In this document: positions 26,552-36,866 of the stretch, one piece after another
Position numbering within the stretch: the first letter of the stretch is position 1
Layout: each line of letters opens with the position of its first letter
Origin: a virus
Virus record (IMG/VR): IMGVR_UViG_3300042502_001710
Span: 1 to 64,000 of that record
Direction: 5' to 3' (one strand)
DNA length: 64,000 nt
Made by a program: the position numbers and the translations under genes
Notes under the pieces: generated by a model
Databases searched by the model: none
What the model was told of the DNA's origin: nothing
Seen by the model: only the letters and a program-made list of their open reading frames with translations

Positions 26552-27477
26552 CTTTGTTCTCCCAAGAACCATTGAATGGTTTGTTTTAATCCGGTTTGAA
26601 AATCAGTTTTAGCTTTAAAGCCCAATAGCTTTTCAGCACGGGTCGTATCTAAGCATCTTCTTGGTTGACCATCGGGTTTCGTAGAATCAAAAATGATCGA
26701 ACCATTAAAATTCATTTGAAGGGCAATTTCTTCGGCAAGGTCCAAGATCCTTATTTCTTTTCCAGTTCCAATATTTATTGGTTCTGGTCCGACATCGCTT
26801 TCGATAGCCAGCTTGATAGCTTCAGCACAATCTGGAGCATATAAAAATTCTCTTGACGCTTTGCCACTTCCCCATACGGTGACATCATGATTGTTTTTTA
26901 TTGCCTCGTGAAATTTGAGTATCAGGGCTGGAATGACATGAGCACTTGTTAGATTAAAATGGTCGTGCGGCCCGTACATGTTCACAGGCACAAGGTTCAC
27001 AACGTCCATATTGTATTGCTGATGGTAAGTTTCGCCAAGCTTCATGAGTGTCTTTTTGGCGATTCCGTAGGGAGCATTTGTTTCTTCAGGATATCCATTC
27101 CACAGTTCTGATTCTTGAAAAGGAACAGGGGTGTATTTTGGGTATGCACAAACCGTTCCAAGCATAACGAACTTTAATGGAGTATGCAACGCTTGGTAAA
27201 CCCTAGCTTGTTCGAGCATGTTCATGCCCATAGCTAGATTATCATACATGAACTTTCCGGGGTTCTGCTGATTCGCCAGAATGCCTCCTACGCTTCCGGC
27301 AGCGTGAATGATGACATTTGGCGCATAATACTCTATAGCTCTTCTGCAAGCCTCTCCGCAACGCAGATCGTACATTTTGCTAGACAGTGCCACAACATCG
27401 TAATGTTTATCGTTTTGAAAATATCTTTGCAGATTTTTTCCTAAGAATCCAGTACCACCAGTCAATAAAACTTTCAT
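26548..27477 (-). CDS. fcl: GDP-L-fucose synthase (extended SDR)
   Basis: TGGTGFLG, VGGILAN, LGTVCAYPK, YGIAK, PVNMYGP, WGSGKASREFLY, KPDGQPRR. Confidence 0.92.
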   Translation of the reverse strand: MKVLLTGGTGFLGKNLQRYFQNDKHYDVVALSSKMYDLRCGEACRRAIEYYAPNVIIHAAGSVGGILANQQNPGKFMYDNLAMGMNMLEQARVYQALHTPLKFVMLGTVCAYPKYTPVPFQESELWNGYPEETNAPYGIAKKTLMKLGETYHQQYNMDVVNLVPVNMYGPHDHFNLTSAHVIPALILKFHEAIKNNHDVTVWGSGKASREFLYAPDCAEAIKLAIESDVGPEPINIGTGKEIRILDLAEEIALQMNFNGSIIFDSTKPDGQPRRCLDTTRAEKLLGFKAKTDFQTGLKQTIQWFLGEQR

Positions 27478-28301
27478 TTAGAGTTCTCCATTATATCTAA
27501 TATCTGCTTTGCTCTATTTTTATACGTATGATTTTTGCTTGCTAGATCATATCCAGCATTTGCTATGCTCTTCAGAAGATCTTCATTCTTTATCAAGATT
27601 TTAGCCTTTTCAATCATTTCGTGCATATTGTTATAAATGACGCAATTAACACAGTCTTTAAAACCCAACTGTTCGTAACCTGAATGTTGAGATGTCAACA
27701 AAGCTGTTTTACACCCCATAGTTTCAAAGTTTCTATAATTTATGTCGAAACTAATATTTGCATTCCAGTGAACTTTGTATGAGTTTATAGCACTTACCAT
27801 AGCATCGCCAATAACAAACTCATCAAAACGAAAATCTTTGAAATTAGCCTTCATGATATCTATTTTACTTTGTCTGTTCGCTACATTTCCGCAAAAACCT
27901 ATTTCATGTTTTTTTTCAACACTCAAAGGTTTAATGATTGTATCGTCATAACAATTTGGAAGCCATACTCCAAGGTTTGGAGATGCGTGAAGCACCATGT
28001 CAAAGTTGTTTCTGTCTGCCAATGCTTCGTATACTTCAGGACTTTTACAGTGAGCATCGATTGCCCATATGAATTTTTTAGCTTTAACACTGCTTAAATC
28101 TGGCATCCAGTCCCAGTTTTCAATAGAGAAGATAAGGTCATAAGACTCCCAATCTGGCTCCGTATCATAGTTATCGTGGCCCTTACCCCAAACATCCGAA
28201 TCGACTCCGTTAGACTTAAAGCCACGCTGTAAACAAAAGCACTCCCGATAGTTACGGTTCTCGTCATGATGACCGTTCTCTTGGATTATTAAAACTCTCA
28301 T
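27474..28301 (-). CDS. Glycosyltransferase, CgeB/Glyco_trans_1_2-like (GT-B)
   Basis: 'EIGFCGN', 'INYRNFETMGCKTALLT', 'IANAGYDLASKNHTYKNRA'. Start 28301 by ATGA overlap. Confidence 0.8.
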   Translation of the reverse strand: MRVLIIQENGHHDENRNYRECFCLQRGFKSNGVDSDVWGKGHDNYDTEPDWESYDLIFSIENWDWMPDLSSVKAKKFIWAIDAHCKSPEVYEALADRNNFDMVLHASPNLGVWLPNCYDDTIIKPLSVEKKHEIGFCGNVANRQSKIDIMKANFKDFRFDEFVIGDAMVSAINSYKVHWNANISFDINYRNFETMGCKTALLTSQHSGYEQLGFKDCVNCVIYNNMHEMIEKAKILIKNEDLLKSIANAGYDLASKNHTYKNRAKQILDIMENSK

Positions 28302-28849
28302 GACCCCTCTTCGTTTTTTAAAACTAGTAGCCCACAATTGTTTGAAAACCGTTCTAGCTCTACCCATTGAGGATTCTTATCTACGAATTCATTGATTGCT
28401 ATATTAATTTCTGGAAACAAGACGACATCGTGGAAGATGATAAATTTATCTACTTTGTTCCCCCAATGATTTAATTCCGCCGCTACCATTTCAGATGTAT
28501 GAATAGTATCTACAAACAACAAGTCGAAACTGTCGCATTCAATTTCGGCAGTTCTAGAATCCCCCTGAATAAACTTATAATCAATTCCTTGATCGTTCGC
28601 CTCTTTTAGGATATTCTCAAAATTTAAATTAGCTTGATTTTCCCACTTGTCCGAGTCTGGTCTCTCTATATCAATGCTCCATAATCTATCTGGCTTTGCG
28701 GCTAGAAAAGCGTATGTTGACACCATCCACCTCGTACCTAACTCTACAATAGAATTAGACATCTCTCCATACTTATAGAGCGTTGGTAGATGCTCATTGA
28801 TGTCAGAACTTATTTCTTTAATTTCATTGAAAGTTCTTAAAAAATTCAT
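28298..28849 (-). CDS. SAM-dependent methyltransferase (Methyltransf_24-like)
   Basis: VELGTR, SIDI, QGDS, DLLFVDTIH, IFHD. Confidence 0.8.
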   Translation of the reverse strand: MNFLRTFNEIKEISSDINEHLPTLYKYGEMSNSIVELGTRWMVSTYAFLAAKPDRLWSIDIERPDSDKWENQANLNFENILKEANDQGIDYKFIQGDSRTAEIECDSFDLLFVDTIHTSEMVAAELNHWGNKVDKFIIFHDVVLFPEINIAINEFVDKNPQWVELERFSNNCGLLVLKNEEGS

Positions 28850-28851
28850 TA

Positions 28852-29550
28852 TTACTTATTCCCTATATCTAAAGACATTTGATGACACTTATAAATAAGT
28901 GCGTGGTTTATGGTGTGACAAAAATAATAGTGATAGCAGTTGGGGTCAAATTCTCTCTCAATGTCTGATTCTGATCTGCAATCCTTGCGGATCGCGTTCT
29001 TGTCTAGCTCAATACCTCTGACATTTATCAAGTGCTGTCCAATTGAAACATCGTCCATCAGCACGTTTCCGTTATACTCTAGCTTACTCTGGTCTTCTAC
29101 CAGAATCTCAACTACATCTCTGCTCATCAAGATGCACGATCCGCTTGCGTACCATATATTCGCATGGTATCCGTTTATCCCTCCGTAATATGCGTGTCGA
29201 GGCTTGTCCTCAAGGAACTCACTCAAGAGTTTCAAGTTGATGTAGCTTCCGCAGTTTGGCCGAAACAGATAATCAAACTCAAAATTATTGAGTAGACACT
29301 CCATTCCCTTGATCGTTTTCTTTAGGAGGTTGTCTCGGGCGTCTGGGGTGTTGACGAAAATAGTCGAGTCTTCTCGCCTCAAGTGGTAGGAGTCAGGTGC
29401 CTCATTTTGTATGTTCATTCTCTTAGAATGTCCATATACACCAAAGACGCTATCATCTGCCCAAGTATCCCTGCACGCTGTTGCCATATCTGAGTAACTT
29501 CTAATACCTTCCTGATTGTCTGACACCAGCATTAAGCCTAAAATTTTCAA
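28852..29550 (-). CDS. GT31/galactosyltransferase-like protein
   Basis: 'CRDTWA', 'LLKKT', 'FDYLFRPNCGSYINL', 'YASGSCILMSRD', 'DDVSIG'. Confidence 0.7.
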   Translation of the reverse strand: MKILGLMLVSDNQEGIRSYSDMATACRDTWADDSVFGVYGHSKRMNIQNEAPDSYHLRREDSTIFVNTPDARDNLLKKTIKGMECLLNNFEFDYLFRPNCGSYINLKLLSEFLEDKPRHAYYGGINGYHANIWYASGSCILMSRDVVEILVEDQSKLEYNGNVLMDDVSIGQHLINVRGIELDKNAIRKDCRSESDIEREFDPNCYHYYFCHTINHALIYKCHQMSLDIGNK

Positions 29551-29582
29551 AATTAAGGACTCCCATGTTAATTGTGATTGGT

Positions 29583-30095
29583 CTACAAGGTTTTTTCTAA
29601 AAATGCAGATACCAATTTTGCATCAGCAGCATCTCTAAAAAACGCACTAGTCCAAGGATTAAGGGTTTTATAATCTAGCCTAGTCCATGATTTGGGCATA
29701 TCTATATTCTCCCAACCGTATTCGGGCGTTTCCGTGTCGTGAGTTACGACCGCCCTCTTTGCAAGCTGAAAAGACTGGTTGATACATTGAGGTCTACTCT
29801 GTCCGTGTCCGTCCACAAAGATGAGATCGAAGTCTCTACCTAAGCTTTTAAGGCGATCAATAGCGAAATGTGGCCCAATTAGACATTCAAGTGTAAAGTG
29901 CTTGTTCTCTCTCTCTAAACTTTTCACTTTTTCATACCACTCCTCACTCTGCATTTCAATGCTAAAAACTTCTTTGCACTTTTCTAAGAAGTTTGGTGTA
30001 CTTCCAAATCCACACCCAAATTCAAAAACACTATTAATATTTAGTGCCCCAATGATAGCATTTATCAATGGCTTGTGAGTTTCATATACGTTCAT
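29583..30095 (-). CDS. SAM-dependent methyltransferase
   Basis: VFEFGCGFGST, SIE, FDLIFVDG, THDTE. Confidence 0.78.
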   Translation of the reverse strand: MNVYETHKPLINAIIGALNINSVFEFGCGFGSTPNFLEKCKEVFSIEMQSEEWYEKVKSLERENKHFTLECLIGPHFAIDRLKSLGRDFDLIFVDGHGQSRPQCINQSFQLAKRAVVTHDTETPEYGWENIDMPKSWTRLDYKTLNPWTSAFFRDAADAKLVSAFLEKTL

Positions 30096-30885
30096 CTGTT
30101 TCTCCTAAGTATTTTGTGACTGGCTTGTACCAGCTTTCTATAAATGGTCTAGGTCCATGTATCTCAAAGTAATCATCTAGATTTATGTCTTCTAAAGATG
30201 AATGTTTTGCCCTACAGATCCGCCCGTAAACTGTATAACCTCCATCTGGATGTTGCTTAAACTTACCTCCACCAACAAGTCCTCTAGCTATTAGCACTGA
30301 TGACTGAGGGTTTTTATCTAGGAGCATCTTTACGAGGCTTTCGTCGCAGAAGTAACCAGATTGTCTAGGTTGAGATCTTGGGTCGGAAAACTCTGTCTCA
30401 CACCATTCTTCTATAAGTTCCTCGTAAGATAGATCTTTTGGGTTCACGAATCTATTAAAGACTTTGCCAGACGACGCCGTTCCGTGCATGGGCCACTTTC
30501 CGATGTCTGGGGCATTCTGAAATGCTGGGTGATCATAACCAAACTTACATAAATAGGTATCAAGAACGTCATCATACACCCTCAATTGCGTATCATTCAG
30601 GGGTATCATGTCTATATCTGCTATCATTATGATCTTAGAGTTATTCTCTGGGGCGGCAGCGTCTGCAATTCTAGAGAGCTGTGCCTGCGATGAGCTTCTT
30701 ACTCCATCGATAGGCTTTCTATTAATTACTGTAACTCCTCCCCCCGGAAATGAGAACTGTTCATCGCCTATCACGTTTAGCCTGACGTTCACTCCGAGAC
30801 TTGTCCAAGCGTTGCAGATCGGCTTAACGAAAGATGTGTAGTCATGTGAATCGTTAACAGATGTTATAATTGTATCAATCTTCAT
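30082..30885 (-). CDS. GT-A fold glycosyltransferase-like protein
   Basis: 'SQAQLSRI' and a DxD motif 'IADIDMIP'; late 'DES'. Confidence 0.6.
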   Translation of the reverse strand: MKIDTIITSVNDSHDYTSFVKPICNAWTSLGVNVRLNVIGDEQFSFPGGGVTVINRKPIDGVRSSSQAQLSRIADAAAPENNSKIIMIADIDMIPLNDTQLRVYDDVLDTYLCKFGYDHPAFQNAPDIGKWPMHGTASSGKVFNRFVNPKDLSYEELIEEWCETEFSDPRSQPRQSGYFCDESLVKMLLDKNPQSSVLIARGLVGGGKFKQHPDGGYTVYGRICRAKHSSLEDINLDDYFEIHGPRPFIESWYKPVTKYLGETDERI

Positions 30886-30893
30886 TAGTGCTC

Positions 30894-31529
30894 CTAAAAA
30901 ACTGGTATGTCACACTCGTCGTACACCTGCCCAACAAAATACGATCCGGTTCGCTTGGTGGCATTAGCTGGAAATGGCTTTAATTCGAAGAATTCATCAT
31001 GCACAATCGATTCATCCTTCACAAGAGGATAAACGACTTCACGCAAGAAGTTTTGATCAACCTGATATTGATTGTCAAACGACCCCTTGTTGTAATCTTG
31101 GATCGCTTCTTCTACACCTCTTAGAATCCCATTTCTGCAACCCCAAGTTCCTCCTAGTATTTCAGTGTTATGATAAGGATGATCACGCATTATATGAAAA
31201 TCTTTGTCGCTAGAAAGCCATTCATCCACAGCGACTCGTTCTCTGAGGTTTAGTCTAGAGTCAGTGTCTCTGCAAATGACGATATCGTAGCTGTCAGCAG
31301 CAAAGAATCTCCAAAACATTCCATTCCAACCCGTGTCACCCATCTCCATTATTTCAACATTTAAATCATCAAGCTGATTTCTTATCTGTTGAGGAACATC
31401 ATTTCCAATATAAAATCTACAAATCCATTCTGGATATATAATCTGAGCCAGCAAAGCATTTTTGATTGCTCCGACTGTATACTTTGGATTATCGCCCCAC
31501 AAGCTAAAGGATATGATTTTTTTAGTCAT
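30894..31529 (-). CDS. GT-A-like protein
   Basis: 'IISFSLWGDNPKY', 'GMFWRF', DxD 'CRDTDSR', 'HIMRDHPYH', 'DQNFL'. Confidence 0.65.
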   Translation of the reverse strand: MTKKIISFSLWGDNPKYTVGAIKNALLAQIIYPEWICRFYIGNDVPQQIRNQLDDLNVEIMEMGDTGWNGMFWRFFAADSYDIVICRDTDSRLNLRERVAVDEWLSSDKDFHIMRDHPYHNTEILGGTWGCRNGILRGVEEAIQDYNKGSFDNQYQVDQNFLREVVYPLVKDESIVHDEFFELKPFPANATKRTGSYFVGQVYDECDIPVF

Positions 31530-32232
31530 TTGTTATCCTCTCTTTTGGAAAACCAAGCTCTTTTCTCGTTCTAAAAACGGAACCGTCTCTTCCTGAATAA
31601 TGAAGGGTTTTCTGAACCGCAATGTCTACTTGATTGTGGTTCTCTGTACCCTCGATGCTCCAGTGCTCGTGGCTGACGATGATCTTGTCTATATAAGCCA
31701 CCTTGTTCAAGCGTACGACCTCCTGAGTAAACTCATCGTCGCAATACAAGCTCTTGTAATCTGGATGGTAAATATACCCAAAGTGTTTGTAAAGCTCTTT
31801 TCCAAGTATAGAAAAAGTAATCAATTTACCACTGGTATTGCCGTCATTGAAATGAACGCATCCGTCTAAATTTGGGAAATTATCTTTCATCGCGTTTACG
31901 ATTTCTTGATCCCAAGATTCTACTTTTGGAACCATGTCATCGCTAGCACAGACAACAATGTCAAAATCTTGCTCATCCACATGATCGTTTATAGCACTTA
32001 TTTTAGTGGTGTCATCGTCATAATTTACTTTACCACTTACGTTTTTTCTCTTGCTCAATATATACTTTATTCTTTCGAATACATACGAGTCTGTCATACT
32101 TAAATCAGACCCATCGCAGTTTATATTAAAAAACACCTCATTGAATGAACTACAAGTTTCAACATACTTGTCAAGAACTTTTAGAAATTTAGAGGCTCTA
32201 CCATATGTGGGAAATTGGATTAAAATTTTCAT
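31522..32232 (-). CDS. Family 2 glycosyltransferase-like
   Basis: 'QFPTYGR', 'KISAIN', 'CASDDM', 'YCDDE'. Confidence 0.75.
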   Translation of the reverse strand: MKILIQFPTYGRASKFLKVLDKYVETCSSFNEVFFNINCDGSDLSMTDSYVFERIKYILSKRKNVSGKVNYDDDTTKISAINDHVDEQDFDIVVCASDDMVPKVESWDQEIVNAMKDNFPNLDGCVHFNDGNTSGKLITFSILGKELYKHFGYIYHPDYKSLYCDDEFTQEVVRLNKVAYIDKIIVSHEHWSIEGTENHNQVDIAVQKTLHYSGRDGSVFRTRKELGFPKERITND

Positions 32233-33122
32233 TACACGGCCTTTAATAGATTTGGAATAGTATTCTTAACATTCATGATTTTATCCATAGCGTTTGTATC
32301 ACCAAGATATTTCATGAATCTCCACGCTCTGTCAAATGGAGTGTGCTTATTTTTAATTTGATTCTTTATTTCAAGTTGAACATCTTCTGTTTGTGTTTCA
32401 GAAAACATTTCTCTTAACATTTTTTGAAAACCCGCAGGATCTGAGCTTCTGACTTCTAGTTTCTTACAGCTTAAGTTCATATCCAAGAACAATTGTGAGC
32501 AACACAGATCATTGTCTCCGACGATAGTAAACTTTGGGTACACTTTGTACAATTGAGATAAACTCTGTACGTTCACCATCATGTCAAAATTACTATCGAG
32601 TTTGTCACCATTTATATGTAATAGGTGGAAAACCTCTTTATTGGCAATATGTTTTTCCAAATTTTCAGTAAATTTATCAGAAACGATTGCTTCAGGTACG
32701 CCAATCTCCTTGAAAGGAGAAGGATCGGCAATAAAAATATCTGCCGCTGGATAAAGCTGAATCAATTTAAGATTGCTTTTTACCTTTACAGTAAAATCAT
32801 TTGTAAAAATAAAGGGTGACTTGACCTTGCATTCTTCAAATACTTGTTCGATTGAAGTGATTTGACTTTGAGTGGCTCCAGTAACATTCATCACAACTTC
32901 AACCTTAGACCTGTTGTTCTTCAAGTAATCCAAGATGTCGTGTGTAAATGTTCGAAAGTGAGTGACAAACACATCTGGTTTGTTTAAATCAAACGTGTCG
33001 TACGCACTTGTTTTACTAGAATTCCAAAAAACACTTTCTATGCCGCATCTTGTGAAAGTGTTGTGCATATACATAGGTTCTGTTGACAGGAAATTGCTAT
33101 AGTTATGATACAAAATTTTCAT
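32232..33122 (-). CDS. Hypothetical, degenerate GT-B-like protein
   Basis: 296 aa with 'KPDVFVTH' and C-terminal 'NKHTPFDRA' resembling CgeB-type ends. No clear catalytic motif. Confidence 0.45.
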   Translation of the reverse strand: MKILYHNYSNFLSTEPMYMHNTFTRCGIESVFWNSSKTSAYDTFDLNKPDVFVTHFRTFTHDILDYLKNNRSKVEVVMNVTGATQSQITSIEQVFEECKVKSPFIFTNDFTVKVKSNLKLIQLYPAADIFIADPSPFKEIGVPEAIVSDKFTENLEKHIANKEVFHLLHINGDKLDSNFDMMVNVQSLSQLYKVYPKFTIVGDNDLCCSQLFLDMNLSCKKLEVRSSDPAGFQKMLREMFSETQTEDVQLEIKNQIKNKHTPFDRAWRFMKYLGDTNAMDKIMNVKNTIPNLLKAV

Positions 33123-33864
33123 CTGTTATCCTCTTCAAGGTTTTGATATTGTCGATTTTAAAAATTGGATCTGAAGAATTATCAGATACATACAGTTGTC
33201 TTCTGCCCTTCCAGATATTGAGGGCTTCAAACAAAAACTTATTCTTTAGTTCTGGTTTTGACACCATGTTGTAGAATGACTTGATCAATGCATCGCCTGT
33301 CAAGTAAAGCAATTCTGTCCAAACCTTTTCTTTAACAGCCAGAGACATGGTTTCTAATCTTGAGTCATTCTCTATAACGCCTATTTCAAAGGCACTATCC
33401 TTTACCCCCGATTGAGTTAGTATAGACGATTTTCTTAAATTCAATGACCTTAAATACTCTGTGGTTAAAACTATTCCTCCTCCACACACCAACATTCGGG
33501 TGTTCGTGGTGTTGCTCATGCATAATCTCAAACCCTCGCAGCAATTAGAATGGTAGTATACTTGATTTTCTACAATTCTTATATTTTTGTCGTTTGGGAA
33601 TTTAGATTGAATAAAATGATATACTTTGTAGGTTTCAAACCCAGAGCACAAAATGATCTCAAAATCAATAAAAACAGAACTAATTGCTTTTACTTGTTTT
33701 TCTAATAGTGTCTTATCGTCAACTTGCACCAACGAAATTGGACCGTAAGACTTCATCCTATAGCCATAGTTTTCTGCAAGCAATATTATAGTCATCTTCT
33801 CTTCTCTGAGATTAGAATGACCATTCGACTTGGCTATTGTTGTGAATCTATTAGATTTTTTCAT
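33103..33864 (-). CDS. Nucleotidyltransferase-like (LicC/sugar-phosphate NTP transferase fold), degenerate
   Basis: 'IILLAENYGYRMKSYGPISLVQV...TLLEKQ', 'ILCSGF', 'IVENQVY'. Likely start MKKSNRF. Confidence 0.65.
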   Translation of the reverse strand: MKKSNRFTTIAKSNGHSNLREEKMTIILLAENYGYRMKSYGPISLVQVDDKTLLEKQVKAISSVFIDFEIILCSGFETYKVYHFIQSKFPNDKNIRIVENQVYYHSNCCEGLRLCMSNTTNTRMLVCGGGIVLTTEYLRSLNLRKSSILTQSGVKDSAFEIGVIENDSRLETMSLAVKEKVWTELLYLTGDALIKSFYNMVSKPELKNKFLFEALNIWKGRRQLYVSDNSSDPIFKIDNIKTLKRITDENFVS

Positions 33865-34357
33865 ATTTTTCCTGTTTGATAGATAAATTTCTAATACATT
33901 CAATCGTTGAATCGTAATCATTAAAATTCAAATAATTGTCCCGCACACTATCGTTAGACGCTAAAAAGAAATGGTCTGTCTCAAACAGATCTATTTTTCT
34001 AGAATCTTCGTTTAACATCGTATCTATTTTAGAAAATAAATCTTTATCTACGGTCATTCCAGCTTGCACTTTTACAAAGTATGTAGCTTGTGCCAATTTT
34101 TGAAAGCATTCTGTGTCTCTCAGGGTGAGATTATCATGCAAATGGAACACAGCTTCTGAAGCCAGAAATCTCTCTTGAAGGATGTTTACAAAATGAACTA
34201 TCGTTTGACAATTGCTAGAATGATTTTTTGATATAACAACCTTGACCTTGTTGTTGTCATAGTTTATCTGCTTTAATGAATCGATAGTGTTTTTTAAATT
34301 TTCAATTTCAACATCTTCATTGCAATAAACAGCTAGTCCAAATAAAGTATTTTTCAT
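33851..34357 (-). CDS. Hypothetical, degenerate GT2-like protein
   Basis: 'LKNTIDSLKQINYDNNKVKVVIS' resembles a GT2 N-terminus, but there is no DxD. Confidence 0.45.
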   Translation of the reverse strand: MKNTLFGLAVYCNEDVEIENLKNTIDSLKQINYDNNKVKVVISKNHSSNCQTIVHFVNILQERFLASEAVFHLHDNLTLRDTECFQKLAQATYFVKVQAGMTVDKDLFSKIDTMLNEDSRKIDLFETDHFFLASNDSVRDNYLNFNDYDSTIECIRNLSIKQEKYEKI

Positions 34358-34358
34358 G

Positions 34359-34778
34359 TTAAGCCCTCACGGCTTTCACTTCGTAGTGCAAGCCATCCAT
34401 ATGGATTGAAATAACTCTCAAGTTGACGCTTTCCAATTGCTGCCTAACCATGTCTGATGTTGACATAGAGTGTATTGACCTGACTATTTCACAAGCTTCT
34501 TCTGGAGAAAGAATTCCATTCAGAAGATGCTTTGCGAAAAATCTAACGTCTGTACCTCCTAAAACAAGTTGACCATTGAACCTGAGCTTGCTCACCAAAG
34601 CTTTGCATAGCTGCGGAAGGATTTCATTGTTGAATGAGTCCACAAGGTCGGCAGCGAGGATATTTTCACACGAGTTATCAACAAGGTGTGAAATTTCCAA
34701 TGAGTTTGGAGATTCAACCTTGACAACTTCGTATCCAACAATAGCTTCCTGATCTTTTCTTACGATTTGCACTTTCAT
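34359..34778 (-). CDS. Hypothetical, truncated methyltransferase-like protein
   Basis: 'DNSCENILAADLVD...VSKLRFNGQLVL' resembles class I MTase motifs. The GxG motif is absent. Confidence 0.45.
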   Translation of the reverse strand: MKVQIVRKDQEAIVGYEVVKVESPNSLEISHLVDNSCENILAADLVDSFNNEILPQLCKALVSKLRFNGQLVLGGTDVRFFAKHLLNGILSPEEACEIVRSIHSMSTSDMVRQQLESVNLRVISIHMDGLHYEVKAVRA

Positions 34779-35755
34779 TTTACCACCCCGTGTACTTTGT
34801 CAAAGGTATTGTTCCATTGTTTAATAAAACGCTGTTCTGAAAACTTTTCTTCAATTGTTAGTCTTGCTTCGGCTCCCATTGTGGCAGCTAAATCTGGATC
34901 TGCAAGCAATTGCTCTGTGAATTTTCTCAATTCATTTTCGTCGTTGGACATAAATCCGTTGACACCATTCTTAATTATATTTGGTATTTCACACGTTTCA
35001 GTCGTCACGATTGCACATCCACAAGCCATAGCCTCAAGCATAGACGTTGGCACTGGGCTCAACACACTAGGGTTTATATAAACCAAAGCACTTTGATAGG
35101 ATTTGATCAGATCTTCTACAGATTCACTTTGCTTTGAAAGACCCTCTGTTTCACCAACAACGAGGCGTGGCAAACCCTTTGTGATTCTTTCCCATCCAGA
35201 ATAATTCAACGCATAATCACGTTTGATAAAATCGTGAGCTACGGTCAAAACGCCAGATCTTTCAATCTGACTGTCTGGCTTAAAAGCTTCAGTGTCAATA
35301 GAGTGATAAATTACATCTCCTGTCATTCCCCATTGCTTCTTGGAGTACTCTGTGATGAATACGTTGACATCACCCTTCATGGCCTGAAAGTGTTCAAGCT
35401 GCTCATTCGGCCATTGAGGCAAAGGAAGTGTGTGTTCCAAGCATAGGATTGGAATCTGTAAAGTTCTATTGATTTGCGTAGCCGTTTGGAACTGACCAAA
35501 TTTACTGTTCACCAGTATAAAATCAAAAGGCACTCCGGGATACAATGAATTCTTAGGAAGCTGATAATAATTCTTTGGCATAGGGGCATGACCGCTAAAC
35601 CAATCTTTGCCTCCATCATGATTAAAAGCGTAGAAATCATGTCCAGTTTTAGCTAGTTGAGTTTGATATCTTTCGTGAGTATTGAAAGTCAATACATTGT
35701 AAGGTGTTTCTTTTGGCTTGTTGTGTCTGTTAAAAATAGAGTGTAATTTAAGCAT
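34775..35755 (-). CDS. GT4 glycosyltransferase
   Basis: 'HSIDTEAFKP', 'YINPSVLSPVPTSMLEAMACG', 'GVNGF'. Confidence 0.85.
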   Translation of the reverse strand: MLKLHSIFNRHNKPKETPYNVLTFNTHERYQTQLAKTGHDFYAFNHDGGKDWFSGHAPMPKNYYQLPKNSLYPGVPFDFILVNSKFGQFQTATQINRTLQIPILCLEHTLPLPQWPNEQLEHFQAMKGDVNVFITEYSKKQWGMTGDVIYHSIDTEAFKPDSQIERSGVLTVAHDFIKRDYALNYSGWERITKGLPRLVVGETEGLSKQSESVEDLIKSYQSALVYINPSVLSPVPTSMLEAMACGCAIVTTETCEIPNIIKNGVNGFMSNDENELRKFTEQLLADPDLAATMGAEARLTIEEKFSEQRFIKQWNNTFDKVHGVVK

Positions 35756-36860
35756 CTAATGTCTCCTTCATTATCTTCCCAATACTTTTGATTGAAAACG
35801 CTTCTGATTTATCAAAAGCTTCTTTTTTCTTGTTGACTTTATAAACCGCTGGATTCTCTTTCCACTCGTTGTAAAGTCTTCTCATCGTGTCTTTGATTTG
35901 TTTCTCACAAGGTTTGATGATGTAATTCTTACCATTGCTGATGTCAGGCCAAAGTTCAGAGCGAACCGCATTGGTTTCATATACAGTGCTCACAGAGTAT
36001 TTGGCTCCAGTGTAATATTCAGCGTCTGTATCTTGTAACACAATGGGGGTATTTCCAAACGCCATAGCGTGAAACTCTTCACTAAAAAGAGATCGTTGGC
36101 TAAGGCTTGAAATATAACAGTCACAAAAAGCATGAGAATTATCTGAAGACTGAGCAAGATCGCCCTTGCTGACAATCATATCCTTTTTGTAAAAAGTAGG
36201 ATTCTTCTGAAGTCCAAGGTTTGATTTTACTTTAGAAATCCTATCATCAAGACCGTTGGCATTTTCACCATTGATTTGAATCACAAGTACTGCGTCGTCA
36301 GCATGGTCAAATTCAGAATGAAAACATCTGATCACTCTTTCTATTTCTGGATTTTCTAAATTGCTGATGGTATAAAATCTAAATTTACCTTCAGACTCAA
36401 TGCCTCCCTTTAACGCTGGATGATGCTTCTTGTAGACGTCTGTGTCAAAAGCAAAAGGAACCACAACGGTTTTATCTCGAAGAACAGTATTGTCCAACGC
36501 CTGTTTTGCGAAAGGTGAAGAAACCCATATTTGATCCATTGTGTTGAGCTTTTCTACCCAGCAAGAATGATCAATGGTCACAAATTCATTTGCTAGTATT
36601 CCAATATTCTTCTTAAAATTGGAAGATGCCAACATATGATTTGGGAACAAATGCTGAATACAAATGTCGCAATCATTGGTTTGATTTTTTTCCACGTTGA
36701 ATATATCACTTGGCGTTCGATTGTCTTGAAATACAATTGATCGACACGCTACATCCACACCTGCGGACATCAAAGCTTTGATATTATTTACCGCAAACTT
36801 TCCCCAATCGCCATATTCTTTGTAGTATCCTAGGTACAGAACCTTGTTGGTCTTTATCAT
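35748..36860 (-). CDS. GT4-like glycosyltransferase (degenerate)
   Basis: 'MDQIWVSS', 'VPFAFD', 'CDCYISS...HAMAFGNTPI'. The canonical EGF/EX7E motif is altered. Confidence 0.7.
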   Translation of the reverse strand: MIKTNKVLYLGYYKEYGDWGKFAVNNIKALMSAGVDVACRSIVFQDNRTPSDIFNVEKNQTNDCDICIQHLFPNHMLASSNFKKNIGILANEFVTIDHSCWVEKLNTMDQIWVSSPFAKQALDNTVLRDKTVVVPFAFDTDVYKKHHPALKGGIESEGKFRFYTISNLENPEIERVIRCFHSEFDHADDAVLVIQINGENANGLDDRISKVKSNLGLQKNPTFYKKDMIVSKGDLAQSSDNSHAFCDCYISSLSQRSLFSEEFHAMAFGNTPIVLQDTDAEYYTGAKYSVSTVYETNAVRSELWPDISNGKNYIIKPCEKQIKDTMRRLYNEWKENPAVYKVNKKKEAFDKSEAFSIKSIGKIMKETLDA

Positions 36861-36866
36861 ATCGTA

